A stretch of 64,000 bases of DNA, from contig JANOIG010000193.1 in the NCBI GenBank assembly GCA_031407405.1, forward strand, positions 32,436 to 96,435, written 5' to 3'. Source of the stretch: Deltaproteobacteria bacterium (GTDB taxonomy: Bacteria > Myxococcota_A > Polyangia > Polyangiales > Polyangiaceae). Shown here piece after piece: positions 46,537-55,413 of this stretch. Numbering within the stretch: position 1 is the stretch's first letter; every line of letters begins with the position of its first letter. Below the pieces are notes generated by a model. It ran no database searches. It was not told where the DNA came from and saw only the letters and a program-made list of their open reading frames with translations. The position numbers were made by a program, and so were the translations under genes.

Positions 46537-48093
46537 TCAGAAGTTCGAGCTGAAACGCAGACGCACTGCCGTCGACTCTGGGTGAAGGTCGATATACGCC
46601 GTGCCCTGAGGATCTGTGGCGTCGTACAAGTCCGCCTGTGCCTGCGAGACGATCAGCTTGACCATGGCGTTGTTGATTCCGAGAGGCAACGCCGCATACA
46701 CGGCGGATTGCAGGTGAAACTCCTGATTGAAGTTTTCGAGGATGTATTCCGTCCGGTGCACTCCCACGCCGAGGATCAGCGATCGAGAGGACAGGAGCGA
46801 CCCCGCATCCAGCTCGAAGTAGCCGCCAAAGCTCATGCGGGTTCCAGACGCGCCCAGTTCCTTGCCGGCAACGCCGGCGGCATCCCCGCCCGCCTGCCGC
46901 TTCTCGTCCGTCCCACGCGCGAAACTCCCACCTAGCGTGACGGGCGAGAAGTTGAGCACCATGCCGCCGCCAAAGCCATAGTTCTTGGACGCGCTGCAAT
47001 TAGCGCACTCCACGGTGCGTTCGGTGGGGGTGCCGGCATCCAACGTTGCACTGGGTGGACCCGTTTGGTCCTGGCGACGGTATTCACCAGCGGCGGAGAG
47101 CCGGAGGAAGTCCCACTGCAGGTCTGCGGCAAGCCGACCGCCGAGTGTATTGCTGGCCCGGTTATCGGCCAGACCGTACGCACCTGCCAGCTCGAAGCCC
47201 AGGACGTCCGTTGGATAGTAGTGAAATGCGGCGCGCCCAGCGATCTCCCCACCCACATAAGCCGAGTTGCGCAAGAATATGTAGTCGACCTCGTAGGTGT
47301 GCACGGCGAAGTCCCCATTGGAGATGGGGTAGCTCTTGCTGGCTCCCTGGTCTTCGAGGGTGAAGAGGTCGAAGCCCAGGCCCTTGTGGTACACGCGCCA
47401 GGTCATGAAGCGGCCAACCTGGAAGTCCCAAGTTTTTCCCTGGCTGACTTGCACGTAAATGTCGTCGACGTTGATCAGGTACTGGTTGCTCTGCTCCTGA
47501 ACCCACGCCACGAACTGTGACACGACGTTGAGGGAATAGGTGCTCTTCGGAAAGTCGAAGTGAAAGCTTGGGCCGAGCACGAATCGGCCACGCATGTCGT
47601 GCAGGGTCTCTCGTGGCCGATCTTCTCGTTCCGGGTAGCGGTAGGTGGCATACCCAACATCAATCTCGGTCTGGCCGTATATGCGGCCGCCAGCCCATTC
47701 AAGGGGCGACCAGACCTTCTCTTTCGGCAGGCGGTAGGTCGCCGCCTGCAAGCGATGCTCGTCGGCGATGTGTCGAGGAGCGAGCGCTCCGCCCGCCTCG
47801 ACAGCTGCTGCCTCCGCGGGTGCGTCGCTCGGCTCCGCCTCACCCTGCTCTGCTTCTGCCGCTTCTTCTTCGTCCGGTGCGGCTTCCTCTTCGTCACCTT
47901 CTTCTTTAGACGACGATTCGTCCGCGTCGAAGGTTTCCGCAGCTTCTTCTTCTTCCTGCGCGAGGGCCTGCATCGACAACGACATCCCGGTCGCCAAGAG
48001 GGCAGTGCACCAGATGCGGCGCAGCCCTGGGTGGGAGAGACAGCGGGGCACGAATGCCGAAGACGTGTGGGTGTGGGAGCACAAACGGATCAC
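46537..48093 (-). CDS. putative outer-membrane beta-barrel protein with acidic N-terminal extension (start uncertain, GTG 48051 possible)
   Basis: Signal peptide '...LLATGMSLSMQALA|QEEEE'. Alternating aromatic/hydrophobic beta-strand pattern. C-terminal '...RLRFSSNF' ends in a terminal Phe. Confidence 0.65.
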   Translation of the reverse strand: MIRLCSHTHTSSAFVPRCLSHPGLRRIWCTALLATGMSLSMQALAQEEEEAAETFDADESSSKEEGDEEEAAPDEEEAAEAEQGEAEPSDAPAEAAAVEAGGALAPRHIADEHRLQAATYRLPKEKVWSPLEWAGGRIYGQTEIDVGYATYRYPEREDRPRETLHDMRGRFVLGPSFHFDFPKSTYSLNVVSQFVAWVQEQSNQYLINVDDIYVQVSQGKTWDFQVGRFMTWRVYHKGLGFDLFTLEDQGASKSYPISNGDFAVHTYEVDYIFLRNSAYVGGEIAGRAAFHYYPTDVLGFELAGAYGLADNRASNTLGGRLAADLQWDFLRLSAAGEYRRQDQTGPPSATLDAGTPTERTVECANCSASKNYGFGGGMVLNFSPVTLGGSFARGTDEKRQAGGDAAGVAGKELGASGTRMSFGGYFELDAGSLLSSRSLILGVGVHRTEYILENFNQEFHLQSAVYAALPLGINNAMVKLIVSQAQADLYDATDPQGTAYIDLHPESTAVRLRFSSNF

Positions 48094-48169
48094 GCGTGCA
48101 GCTCATAATCGAAGCAGGCTCAGGGGGCTAGAGGCAGCAGGCGTTGTCGCGAGCGGGTCAGTAAAATTG

Positions 48170-50647
48170 TCAGTTGACCGTGAATGGCGCGGACTCGAGC
48201 ACGGCTGGATCTGCGCTCGGACCGACGAAAACCGTATGTTCCCCCGTGGCGAGCTGCCAGCCGTTTGGACCCCAGTGCCGCAGATCGCGAGCGGGAACGG
48301 ACAGTTGCACCACCTTCTCCTCACCCGGCGCCAACGCTATCCGGGCGAAAGCCTTCAGCTCTTTCGGGGGCGGTGCGTGGGTGAGGCCTGGCGTCGCGGG
48401 GGAGCTGACAAACAACTGCACGATTTCATCACCCGCGATTGTGCCGGCGTTCTTGACGGTCACCTCCACGTTGAGCCGACCGTTCGCGGTAATGCCGCCG
48501 GGGCAGAGCACGGTAGGCGCGCTGTACTCGTACGTCGTGTAGCTCAGGCCGTGGCCGAACCAGAAGCGAGGCGTGTTACCCTCGGCTTCGAACCGGCGGT
48601 AGCCGTGGAGGTACTCGAACGTGATAGACTGATCCGTGTTGCCGAAATACGGGTAGTGGCTCGGGTCCATCGCCACCGTGAAGGGTAGCTTGGCGGAGAA
48701 GTTGATGTCACCGAACAGTAACCGCGCCGCGGCGTTGCCACCTTCCTGACCGGGATAGAAGGTCTGAACGATCGCGTCGGCAGAGTTGATCCAATCCTCC
48801 ATCACGATGGCGCTGCCCACTGCCAGCAGCACGACAATCTTTACGTTGGCGTCTGCAAGTCGAACCGCATTGATCAGCGCCGTCGGCTTCTGACCTGCCC
48901 AGTGGCGGGGCTCGATGCTGCTGAGGGTCAGCGTGTCTCGATCACCGCCCCCTTCGAACGCCTCGCCTTCGTCGGCGTGCGCCATCGTGACGGGAATGAT
49001 CGCCACCGTTTTGCCGACCGCGTCAGCGACGTTGGCACTTTGCGTGACGGTCACGCCGGTGGCGCGGGTGGTGATACCATTGACGAAAGACACGATGTAG
49101 GGTGGATAGGTTCGGCTGCTGCCTCCGTCGCCGAGGCCATGCGCTTCGTAGACGCCACGTGCCCGCGGAATGTCGGCGTCCGGTCCGATGAAGACGATGC
49201 TCTGCAAGTTTGGCGTGCCTAGCGCGCCGACGCTCTTACCCAGCGGGAGCACACCGGTATTCTTCAAGAGCACGGCACCCTTCTCAGCGGCCTCGCGCGT
49301 GAGCGCACGGTGAGCTTCGTTGCTGAGAATGGAAGTGTCCGCGGGTTGGTCGTGGGCTTGCAGCGCGGCCGGCGTCAGTTGCCGAAAAGCGCCTCGGGCG
49401 TTCAGGATGCGCCGAGCCGCCCGATCGATGTTGACGGCGTTGGCGCTACCTAGCTCTCCAAAGGCCAATGGGTTCGGCATTTCCAGGTCGAGCCCGGCGT
49501 TGAGGGACGCTTCGCCCCGGCCCGCTCCGAGAGTCGCTCCCCAGTCGGAAAGGACGAAACCCCTCCAGCCGAAACCGCGTTGGGTGTCGGCGGGCGCGCC
49601 GCGCAGGATGTCCGTGAGCAGGTGCGCGTTCTCCGCGCTCGGCGAGCCGTTGATGCCGTTGTACGCCGCCATGACACAAGCCGGGTCACTCTTCTCGATC
49701 ACGATCTGAAACGCGCGGACATAGTTCTCTCGCAGGTTCTGCTCGTCGACGTTGGCGTCGACGCCGCGCCTGTTGTCACTCCCGCGATTTTCGTCGGTGT
49801 TGTTCCCGGCGAAGTGTTTTACACACGCGGGCATGCCCTGGGGCCCGCTCTGCAAACCCAGCACGAAGGCGGCGCCGATCTCGCCGATCAGAACCGGATC
49901 CTCTCCGTAGGTCTCTTGGGCGCGTGCCCAACCCGGGTGGCGGAGCACGTTGATCGTCGGGGCCAGCAACAGGTCGGCGCGCAACGCCCGCATTTCGGCG
50001 GCGAACACCGCGCCGATGCGCCGCTCGAGCTCCACGTCGAAGCTCGCGGCGCGCGCCTCGGCGACCGGAAAAGTCGTGGACTGCAGGTTCTCGGGCAGGC
50101 GGCGCACTCCGCGCGGGCCATCCCGCAGACGGAAGGTGGGGTAGTTGACCCTGGGCACCGGCTGAGCTTCGAAGCCTGTCTCATCGGCGTAGCTAAAGTT
50201 CTCGTACCCGGACAGCACCGCCAGCTTCTCATCGAGCTGCATCTGCCCGAACATTGCCTGCCCGTCGGGGTGGCTCTCCGGGAGGGTCCGTACGCGCTGG
50301 GCCTCGAAGGCGGGGTCCTCCTGCGGCGGAAACCCCATCGAGCAAGTGACGTCGTTGATACCGACCGCAGCACCGCCACCGCTGGCCTGGCTACCGCCGA
50401 GCCCACCAATGACGTTGGGAACACCTTCGCTCCCCCCCGTGCCGTTGCCCACCTGGACGCCGTTGCCCGCGCCCCCGTTGCCGAGGCCGTTGGCGCCGCC
50501 GGGTTGACCGAAGACGGGCAGCCCAGCACTGCTGCCTTGGAGATTCGTGGGCTGGGAGGTGCAACTCGTGAGGACGCTGCTAGCGAGCCAGGCCACCCCC
50601 AGTAGGGCTGCAACTCGGACTCGATGCGTGAGGTCGGAAACGGACAT
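48170..50647 (-). CDS. glycoside hydrolase family 3 (beta-glucosidase-like) lipoprotein
   Basis: ATG 50647 gives lipobox 'VLTSC|TS' and a Gly/Asn-rich linker. GH3 motifs 'KHFAGNN' and 'GFVLSDWGA' (nucleophile Asp). C-terminal Fn3-like domain. Confidence 0.9.
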   Translation of the reverse strand: MSVSDLTHRVRVAALLGVAWLASSVLTSCTSQPTNLQGSSAGLPVFGQPGGANGLGNGGAGNGVQVGNGTGGSEGVPNVIGGLGGSQASGGGAAVGINDVTCSMGFPPQEDPAFEAQRVRTLPESHPDGQAMFGQMQLDEKLAVLSGYENFSYADETGFEAQPVPRVNYPTFRLRDGPRGVRRLPENLQSTTFPVAEARAASFDVELERRIGAVFAAEMRALRADLLLAPTINVLRHPGWARAQETYGEDPVLIGEIGAAFVLGLQSGPQGMPACVKHFAGNNTDENRGSDNRRGVDANVDEQNLRENYVRAFQIVIEKSDPACVMAAYNGINGSPSAENAHLLTDILRGAPADTQRGFGWRGFVLSDWGATLGAGRGEASLNAGLDLEMPNPLAFGELGSANAVNIDRAARRILNARGAFRQLTPAALQAHDQPADTSILSNEAHRALTREAAEKGAVLLKNTGVLPLGKSVGALGTPNLQSIVFIGPDADIPRARGVYEAHGLGDGGSSRTYPPYIVSFVNGITTRATGVTVTQSANVADAVGKTVAIIPVTMAHADEGEAFEGGGDRDTLTLSSIEPRHWAGQKPTALINAVRLADANVKIVVLLAVGSAIVMEDWINSADAIVQTFYPGQEGGNAAARLLFGDINFSAKLPFTVAMDPSHYPYFGNTDQSITFEYLHGYRRFEAEGNTPRFWFGHGLSYTTYEYSAPTVLCPGGITANGRLNVEVTVKNAGTIAGDEIVQLFVSSPATPGLTHAPPPKELKAFARIALAPGEEKVVQLSVPARDLRHWGPNGWQLATGEHTVFVGPSADPAVLESAPFTVN

Positions 50648-50960
50648 GCGTGACTTTCTCCGCTGGCCGCCGGTCTGAGCCCGTTGGACGACGAGCATCG
50701 AACGAACGAATACGCCAGAAATACGAACTAGACACTGTAGCCGCTGGGCATCCAAGGCGATTTCTTTGATCGCGGAGAGCCCGCGGCGATCAGCCTAGCG
50801 CGAATGGCGCGGGCCCGGAGCCTGCGAAAGTACTCAGGGATCCACTATCACGGAATTTTGATACCCCGGGGGAATGGGACGACCCATAACGACTCAGCCT
50901 TCACCGACGGCTCTTCAACGACGCGTGGCGGCGAGACGGGCGACCCAAGCCGGGTGAAGC

Positions 50961-52118
50961 TCAGTCGCCCTTTTTTACGTGCAGCCCGCACTCGCGCTGG
51001 GTGGCCTCTTCCCACCACCAGCGAGCGGCCCGTTCGTGCTCGCCAGGGCGGACGGGTCGAGTGCAGGGCTGGCACCCGATGGAGATGAAGCCATGATCGT
51101 GCAACTCGTTGTAGGGGACGCGTTGCGCGCGAATGTACTCCCAGACCTGCGCCGAGCTCCAGAAGGTCAGCGGATTGAGCTTGACCAATGCACCGTCAGA
51201 CCCCGAAAAGGCGGCGTCCAGCTCGAGCACCGCCACTTCTCCACGGGTGGCTGGGCTTTGATCTCTACGCTGCCCGGTAGCCCAGGCGCGGAACTGCACG
51301 AGCGCTCGCGCGAGCGGCTCTACCTTGCGGATGCCGCAGCACTCCGTGTGTCCGTCCTGCATGAAGCTGAACAGGCCTTTCTTGCGGACGAAGGCCTGCA
51401 AAGGCTCCGCTTGCGGGACCAGCACTTGGATGTCGATGCCGTAGAAGGCGCGCACGCGATCGATGAAGCGGTAGGTTTGCTCGTGCAAACGTCCGGTGTC
51501 GAGGCAGAAGGCGCTAAAAGGTAAACCGCTTTTGGCGGCCATGTCCAAAAGCACCACCTCTTCGGCGCCGCTGAAGGCGATGGCGCACCGTTCGCCAAAG
51601 CGCTCGAGGCCCCAGGCCAATATTTCGGCCGGTGGCTTGCCGCGCAGGCGATCGGCTATTTCGCGCAACTCCGCGGCGTCAGGCGCTCGCAAGTCGACCT
51701 GCTGCTGTGCCGCAGCCTGCCCGTCGACACTCTGCGTGCTGCCCCGACGCGCGCTCAAATCTTTAATCAATTTCAAAGTGCTCGAGTACACCCGATCCGG
51801 CTGACCAGGCTCTTGAACGATGAAAAATGGGGCCAAGTCGACGCCGTGCTTTTGGGCCAATTGCGCGCCCTCGGAGCCAGGGTCATTCTCGCTAGCCCAC
51901 ACCACCTGGTCAATCTGATCCCAGACGCCGCGGGACCTCAGCATCTCCTCTGCCTGGACACATTTGCCGCAGGGCTCGCCGCTGGATAGCAGCTTTTTTA
52001 CCATGATGACTTTTTGCACGGGCACGCCTTCTTGGAATGGGAGCCGACCCTCAACCTGGGGCAGCATAGCGCTGGGAGCAAGGGCGGACATCGACCGCCA
52101 GGTGGTGGCGTCGGGCAT
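50961..52118 (-). CDS. cysH: adenylyl-sulfate (APS) reductase-type CysH fused to an N-terminal CxxC thioredoxin-fold domain (start uncertain)
   Basis: Fe-S cluster cysteines 'HTECCGIRKVEPL' and 'SIGCQPCTRP'. Catalytic 'RECGLH'. N-terminal 'KVIMVKKLLSSGEPCGKCVQAEEML...APFFIV'. Confidence 0.85.
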   Translation of the reverse strand: MPDATTWRSMSALAPSAMLPQVEGRLPFQEGVPVQKVIMVKKLLSSGEPCGKCVQAEEMLRSRGVWDQIDQVVWASENDPGSEGAQLAQKHGVDLAPFFIVQEPGQPDRVYSSTLKLIKDLSARRGSTQSVDGQAAAQQQVDLRAPDAAELREIADRLRGKPPAEILAWGLERFGERCAIAFSGAEEVVLLDMAAKSGLPFSAFCLDTGRLHEQTYRFIDRVRAFYGIDIQVLVPQAEPLQAFVRKKGLFSFMQDGHTECCGIRKVEPLARALVQFRAWATGQRRDQSPATRGEVAVLELDAAFSGSDGALVKLNPLTFWSSAQVWEYIRAQRVPYNELHDHGFISIGCQPCTRPVRPGEHERAARWWWEEATQRECGLHVKKGD

Positions 52119-52171
52119 GGTAATGTTGCAGATCCACGCGGAAACGCCGAGAGAAACCGTCCCCGAGGGAG

Positions 52172-52963
52172 TTAGAAGGCGACCTGATAGTCGACATGAG
52201 GCAGAAAGTGTGTGCGCGAGCCGATGGGCAGCCGGGCCACACTGAAGCGCCCGCCCACACCGATTCGATGCGAAAGCCCGAGCTGTACATATAGCTCAGC
52301 CGCGTATTCGCTGGCGTGAAGCACTGGAAAATCCTGCAGCGGCAGCCAATATTGACGAAACTCGAGGGAATACCACAGCTGCCCTAACAGCTCGCCCTCC
52401 GCCGAGAGCGCGATCCTGGGTACCACTGGCGCGTTCAGCGCCGCGAACCGCTGGTACAAGAACGGGAAATCTAGAAGTGTTTCATCCCCCCCGCCTTGGG
52501 CCGAGAGTGAAGCGCCCACGCGCGCGCTTGCCCACTGCCCCGGGTGCCACTCGAGGCTGGCCAGCACGTCGTTGTCGAGCACGAGAGCGTGCGGCACGTC
52601 CGTCGTGACCGGTAACAGACCACCGCTCCCCTCGCGCGAGACCAGTGACAAGAACGGGGTAGGGTATGCCAGACGGTGCACGCTCGAGAGCTGCCAGCGG
52701 CCCTGGTCGAGCCAGCGCAGCTTGACCTCCGCGTGAGGGAGGACCCAGAACGACAGCGGATGGAGCCGCAGCTCGATCCGAGGGCTGATGCCCCAACTAC
52801 TTTGGCTGAGCACCCCGAAAGTGAGCCGGCCGGGAGCGACGGTCAAAGCGGTCTCGCTCGGCCATTCCCCAAACTGCGTGGGCTCAGCCGCGCCGGCTGC
52901 AGCGGCCGACGTGAGAACGGCAATGGGTCCGATCCTGCGCAGCGTCATCCGACGAGCTCTCAC
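52172..52963 (-). CDS. hypothetical secreted protein, possibly a small outer-membrane beta-barrel
   Basis: Signal peptide 'IAVLTSAAAAGAA|EP'. Alternating-pattern strands. C-terminal 'HVDYQVAF' with terminal Phe. Confidence 0.5.
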   Translation of the reverse strand: MRARRMTLRRIGPIAVLTSAAAAGAAEPTQFGEWPSETALTVAPGRLTFGVLSQSSWGISPRIELRLHPLSFWVLPHAEVKLRWLDQGRWQLSSVHRLAYPTPFLSLVSREGSGGLLPVTTDVPHALVLDNDVLASLEWHPGQWASARVGASLSAQGGGDETLLDFPFLYQRFAALNAPVVPRIALSAEGELLGQLWYSLEFRQYWLPLQDFPVLHASEYAAELYVQLGLSHRIGVGGRFSVARLPIGSRTHFLPHVDYQVAF

Positions 52964-52988
52964 CTGGCTTGTCCTTGATCGGGCTGGC

Positions 52989-54077
52989 TCACGGTAGCTC
53001 CAAACTAACGCTGAGCGGCGCGTGGTCGGAGAGCGGCATCGTGGCCGTGCCGCCGCTCTGCTCGTCTTGATGGGTCAGGCCCGAGGCGGCCACAAACCGG
53101 CCATTCGTGAATAGATAATCCAGCTTTCGGTTCCAGAAGGCGTCTCCCCGGGTCGTATGACTGAAGAAGCGGGAGTTGTCGGCCTGATACTCGGCGAGCG
53201 GGGTTTCGGGCATGTACTCGTCGTACAGGGGCTGGAGCCAGTCCGCCTCTTGCGAGTAATCGTCGGCTTCATAGTCTTCGGTGCACGCCGAGTCATCGAA
53301 GCCCAGCACCTGCGCAGAGCCAGGGGGCAATGTGTTCAGATCGCCCGCGCCGACCACGAGGTTGCCAGAGCTGGACAGCTGATCGAGCTCTACCTTGAAG
53401 CGCTCGATGTGCTCGAGCTTCGTGCCGTCTTTCGAGTAGGCCTCGGTATGGGTGCCGACCAGGTAGATGAGCTGCTGGCCCGGCAGCTCGAGCTCGGCAC
53501 GCAGCAGATTGCGACGTAGATAGAAGTAGCGCTCGAGGGCGCCCTGATCTTCGCGCAACGACAGCGCGATGCGCGTGCCCCCTCGGAGTGGGAACTTGGA
53601 CAAGATGGCGTTGCCAGAATCGACCGCTCCGATCCCGTCGCTGGGCACGAAGTCTGCCTTCCACTGCGAGGCGTAGTACGCAAAGTTGAAGCGGGTGTGG
53701 TCGAGCAGCCAGCGCAGCTGATCGACAAACGCCGCTCGCTTGGAGTTGACGTCGATTTCCTGAACGAACAGCACGTCGGGGTCCACCTGCTGAATCTTTG
53801 CGGCCAGACCTTCGAGGTGGCGCAACACTTCTGCTCGGCTCATCAGCACTCGATCGCCATGGCAATCGAAGAAGAAATCGATGCGCCCGCCCCCGAACTT
53901 CAGGTTGTAGTTCATGAGCTTGATGGTTCCCACCGGTACGGTAGCGGCGATGGGCTCGCGGCGGGCGTAAGCGATGGCGGGCTCGATGTCAGCGAAGCTC
54001 GTGTGGAAAGGGTCCGAACAAGCCCAGCTGGCTGCGATGGCCAGTGCGAGTCCCCGCCGACGTCCGAGGGCGGTCAT
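52989..54077 (-). CDS. endonuclease/exonuclease/phosphatase (EEP) family lipoprotein
   Basis: ATG 54077 overlaps the upstream stop (ATGA). Lipobox 'AASWAC|SD'. EEP motifs 'LMNYNLK', 'VLFVQEIDV' and 'LSDHAPLSV'. Confidence 0.8.
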   Translation of the reverse strand: MTALGRRRGLALAIAASWACSDPFHTSFADIEPAIAYARREPIAATVPVGTIKLMNYNLKFGGGRIDFFFDCHGDRVLMSRAEVLRHLEGLAAKIQQVDPDVLFVQEIDVNSKRAAFVDQLRWLLDHTRFNFAYYASQWKADFVPSDGIGAVDSGNAILSKFPLRGGTRIALSLREDQGALERYFYLRRNLLRAELELPGQQLIYLVGTHTEAYSKDGTKLEHIERFKVELDQLSSSGNLVVGAGDLNTLPPGSAQVLGFDDSACTEDYEADDYSQEADWLQPLYDEYMPETPLAEYQADNSRFFSHTTRGDAFWNRKLDYLFTNGRFVAASGLTHQDEQSGGTATMPLSDHAPLSVSLELP

Positions 54078-55246
54078 CGACCCAACCATTCCTTCAGGTA
54101 TTGGCTGATGCGTTCGCAGCTGTGCCCATTCGCCTGGGTGATGTGACGCTCGACGAAGCTGCTCGCCAGCGCGGCGCAGCAGCCTGGTTCCGCGAGGCAG
54201 CGCGATACGGCTTCGAGCAGTTGATCAAAATCGTGCACGACCAAGCCTCCCACGTCGTCGGGTGGTAATTTCCAACTGGCCATTGGGTTCTCTACTCGCT
54301 TCGTCCGCAGCTTGCCCCAGCGTAGGTCGCGCCGGAAGTGGCGCGTGCCTGCCCTTGCGACCGGGTCGATGTGAATCGACGGCTTTCCAGTATGGTAGAA
54401 TGCGTTCAGAAAAGACGAGTAGTTGGAGATCATCACCGAGGAGAGCAGCAGGTCGACCAGCGAATCCGGTGAGCTGCTCTTGAACTTGAGTTGCACGTGT
54501 GGGTGCCGTGCCGCCAGAGCTTCCATGCGCAGCACGTCGGCGGCTTCGTAACGGTGACGATCGTGCATGCGTATCAGGAGATTGGCTCCTCTGCGACCGA
54601 CCTGTTCGGCCAAGGCTTCATGCAGCTCGGCGTCGTCACCCCAATGGCCGAGCGCGCCGCCGTGATGCCACGTCATGCCCATCAGCACGGTAGGCCGCGT
54701 GAGATCGATGCGGTAATGGCTTTGAACCGCGGCCGGATCGAAGCATACAGCAGACGGGGCATTCGGAATCAATAGATCGGAGTAAGCCGAGCCGGATGCA
54801 ACCACGTTTTCCGCGGCAAAGCCGGAGTGGCTCATGCGGTACGAGCGGTCCCAGGCCCCGAAAGCATGCCAGCGAAACTGGGCATTGGGACGTTCGACGT
54901 CGCCCACGAGCTTCTTCAGCTGCCGTTTCATGCCGCTCAGGTCGTCGACTCGCCACCCATAACCATGCCAGAGCACGTACAGGTGCTCGGCGAGGCGCTG
55001 TTTGGGTAGATAGTTGTCCACGATCAGGCAGTCCGGGCGGAACGCTTCGATGGCGCTCGGCGTGTCGCGCGCCTGGCGGTCGAGCCAATTGCCCCGGATG
55101 GGGAGCAGCGCCGACACCGCTTCGCGCCGGTAGAGCTCGGGCGCATCCAACGCGATCAGCACTTCGACGCCTGGCTGCTGAGACAGGTAGCTGGCCAGCG
55201 CCTGGTTGTCCGCTTGAAAGCTAGTGGACCAAAAGCAAATTCTCAT
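54074..55246 (-). CDS. TagB/TagF-like (CDP-glycerol glycerophosphotransferase family) protein, tentative
   Basis: 'VMISNYSSFLNAFYHTGKPSIHID' resembles the TagF 'ITDYSS..FD......PII' block. His-rich 'LWHGYGW' and 'MTWHHGG'. Motif recall only. Confidence 0.5.
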   Translation of the reverse strand: MRICFWSTSFQADNQALASYLSQQPGVEVLIALDAPELYRREAVSALLPIRGNWLDRQARDTPSAIEAFRPDCLIVDNYLPKQRLAEHLYVLWHGYGWRVDDLSGMKRQLKKLVGDVERPNAQFRWHAFGAWDRSYRMSHSGFAAENVVASGSAYSDLLIPNAPSAVCFDPAAVQSHYRIDLTRPTVLMGMTWHHGGALGHWGDDAELHEALAEQVGRRGANLLIRMHDRHRYEAADVLRMEALAARHPHVQLKFKSSSPDSLVDLLLSSVMISNYSSFLNAFYHTGKPSIHIDPVARAGTRHFRRDLRWGKLRTKRVENPMASWKLPPDDVGGLVVHDFDQLLEAVSRCLAEPGCCAALASSFVERHITQANGHSCERISQYLKEWLGR

Positions 55247-55413
55247 CGGGGTCGCCGCGACCGAGCGGGCCAGGGGCCTCGGTTTCAGAGTATTATCTAG
55301 CAAGGTCTGGTGTAGCTCGATACCAAACTTCTCTAGAATTCGGCGCCCCCGCCCCAATGGGGCCGCGAAATAGCCATCGCTTCGATGGAATTGGCATACT
55401 AGCCTGGACGCAA

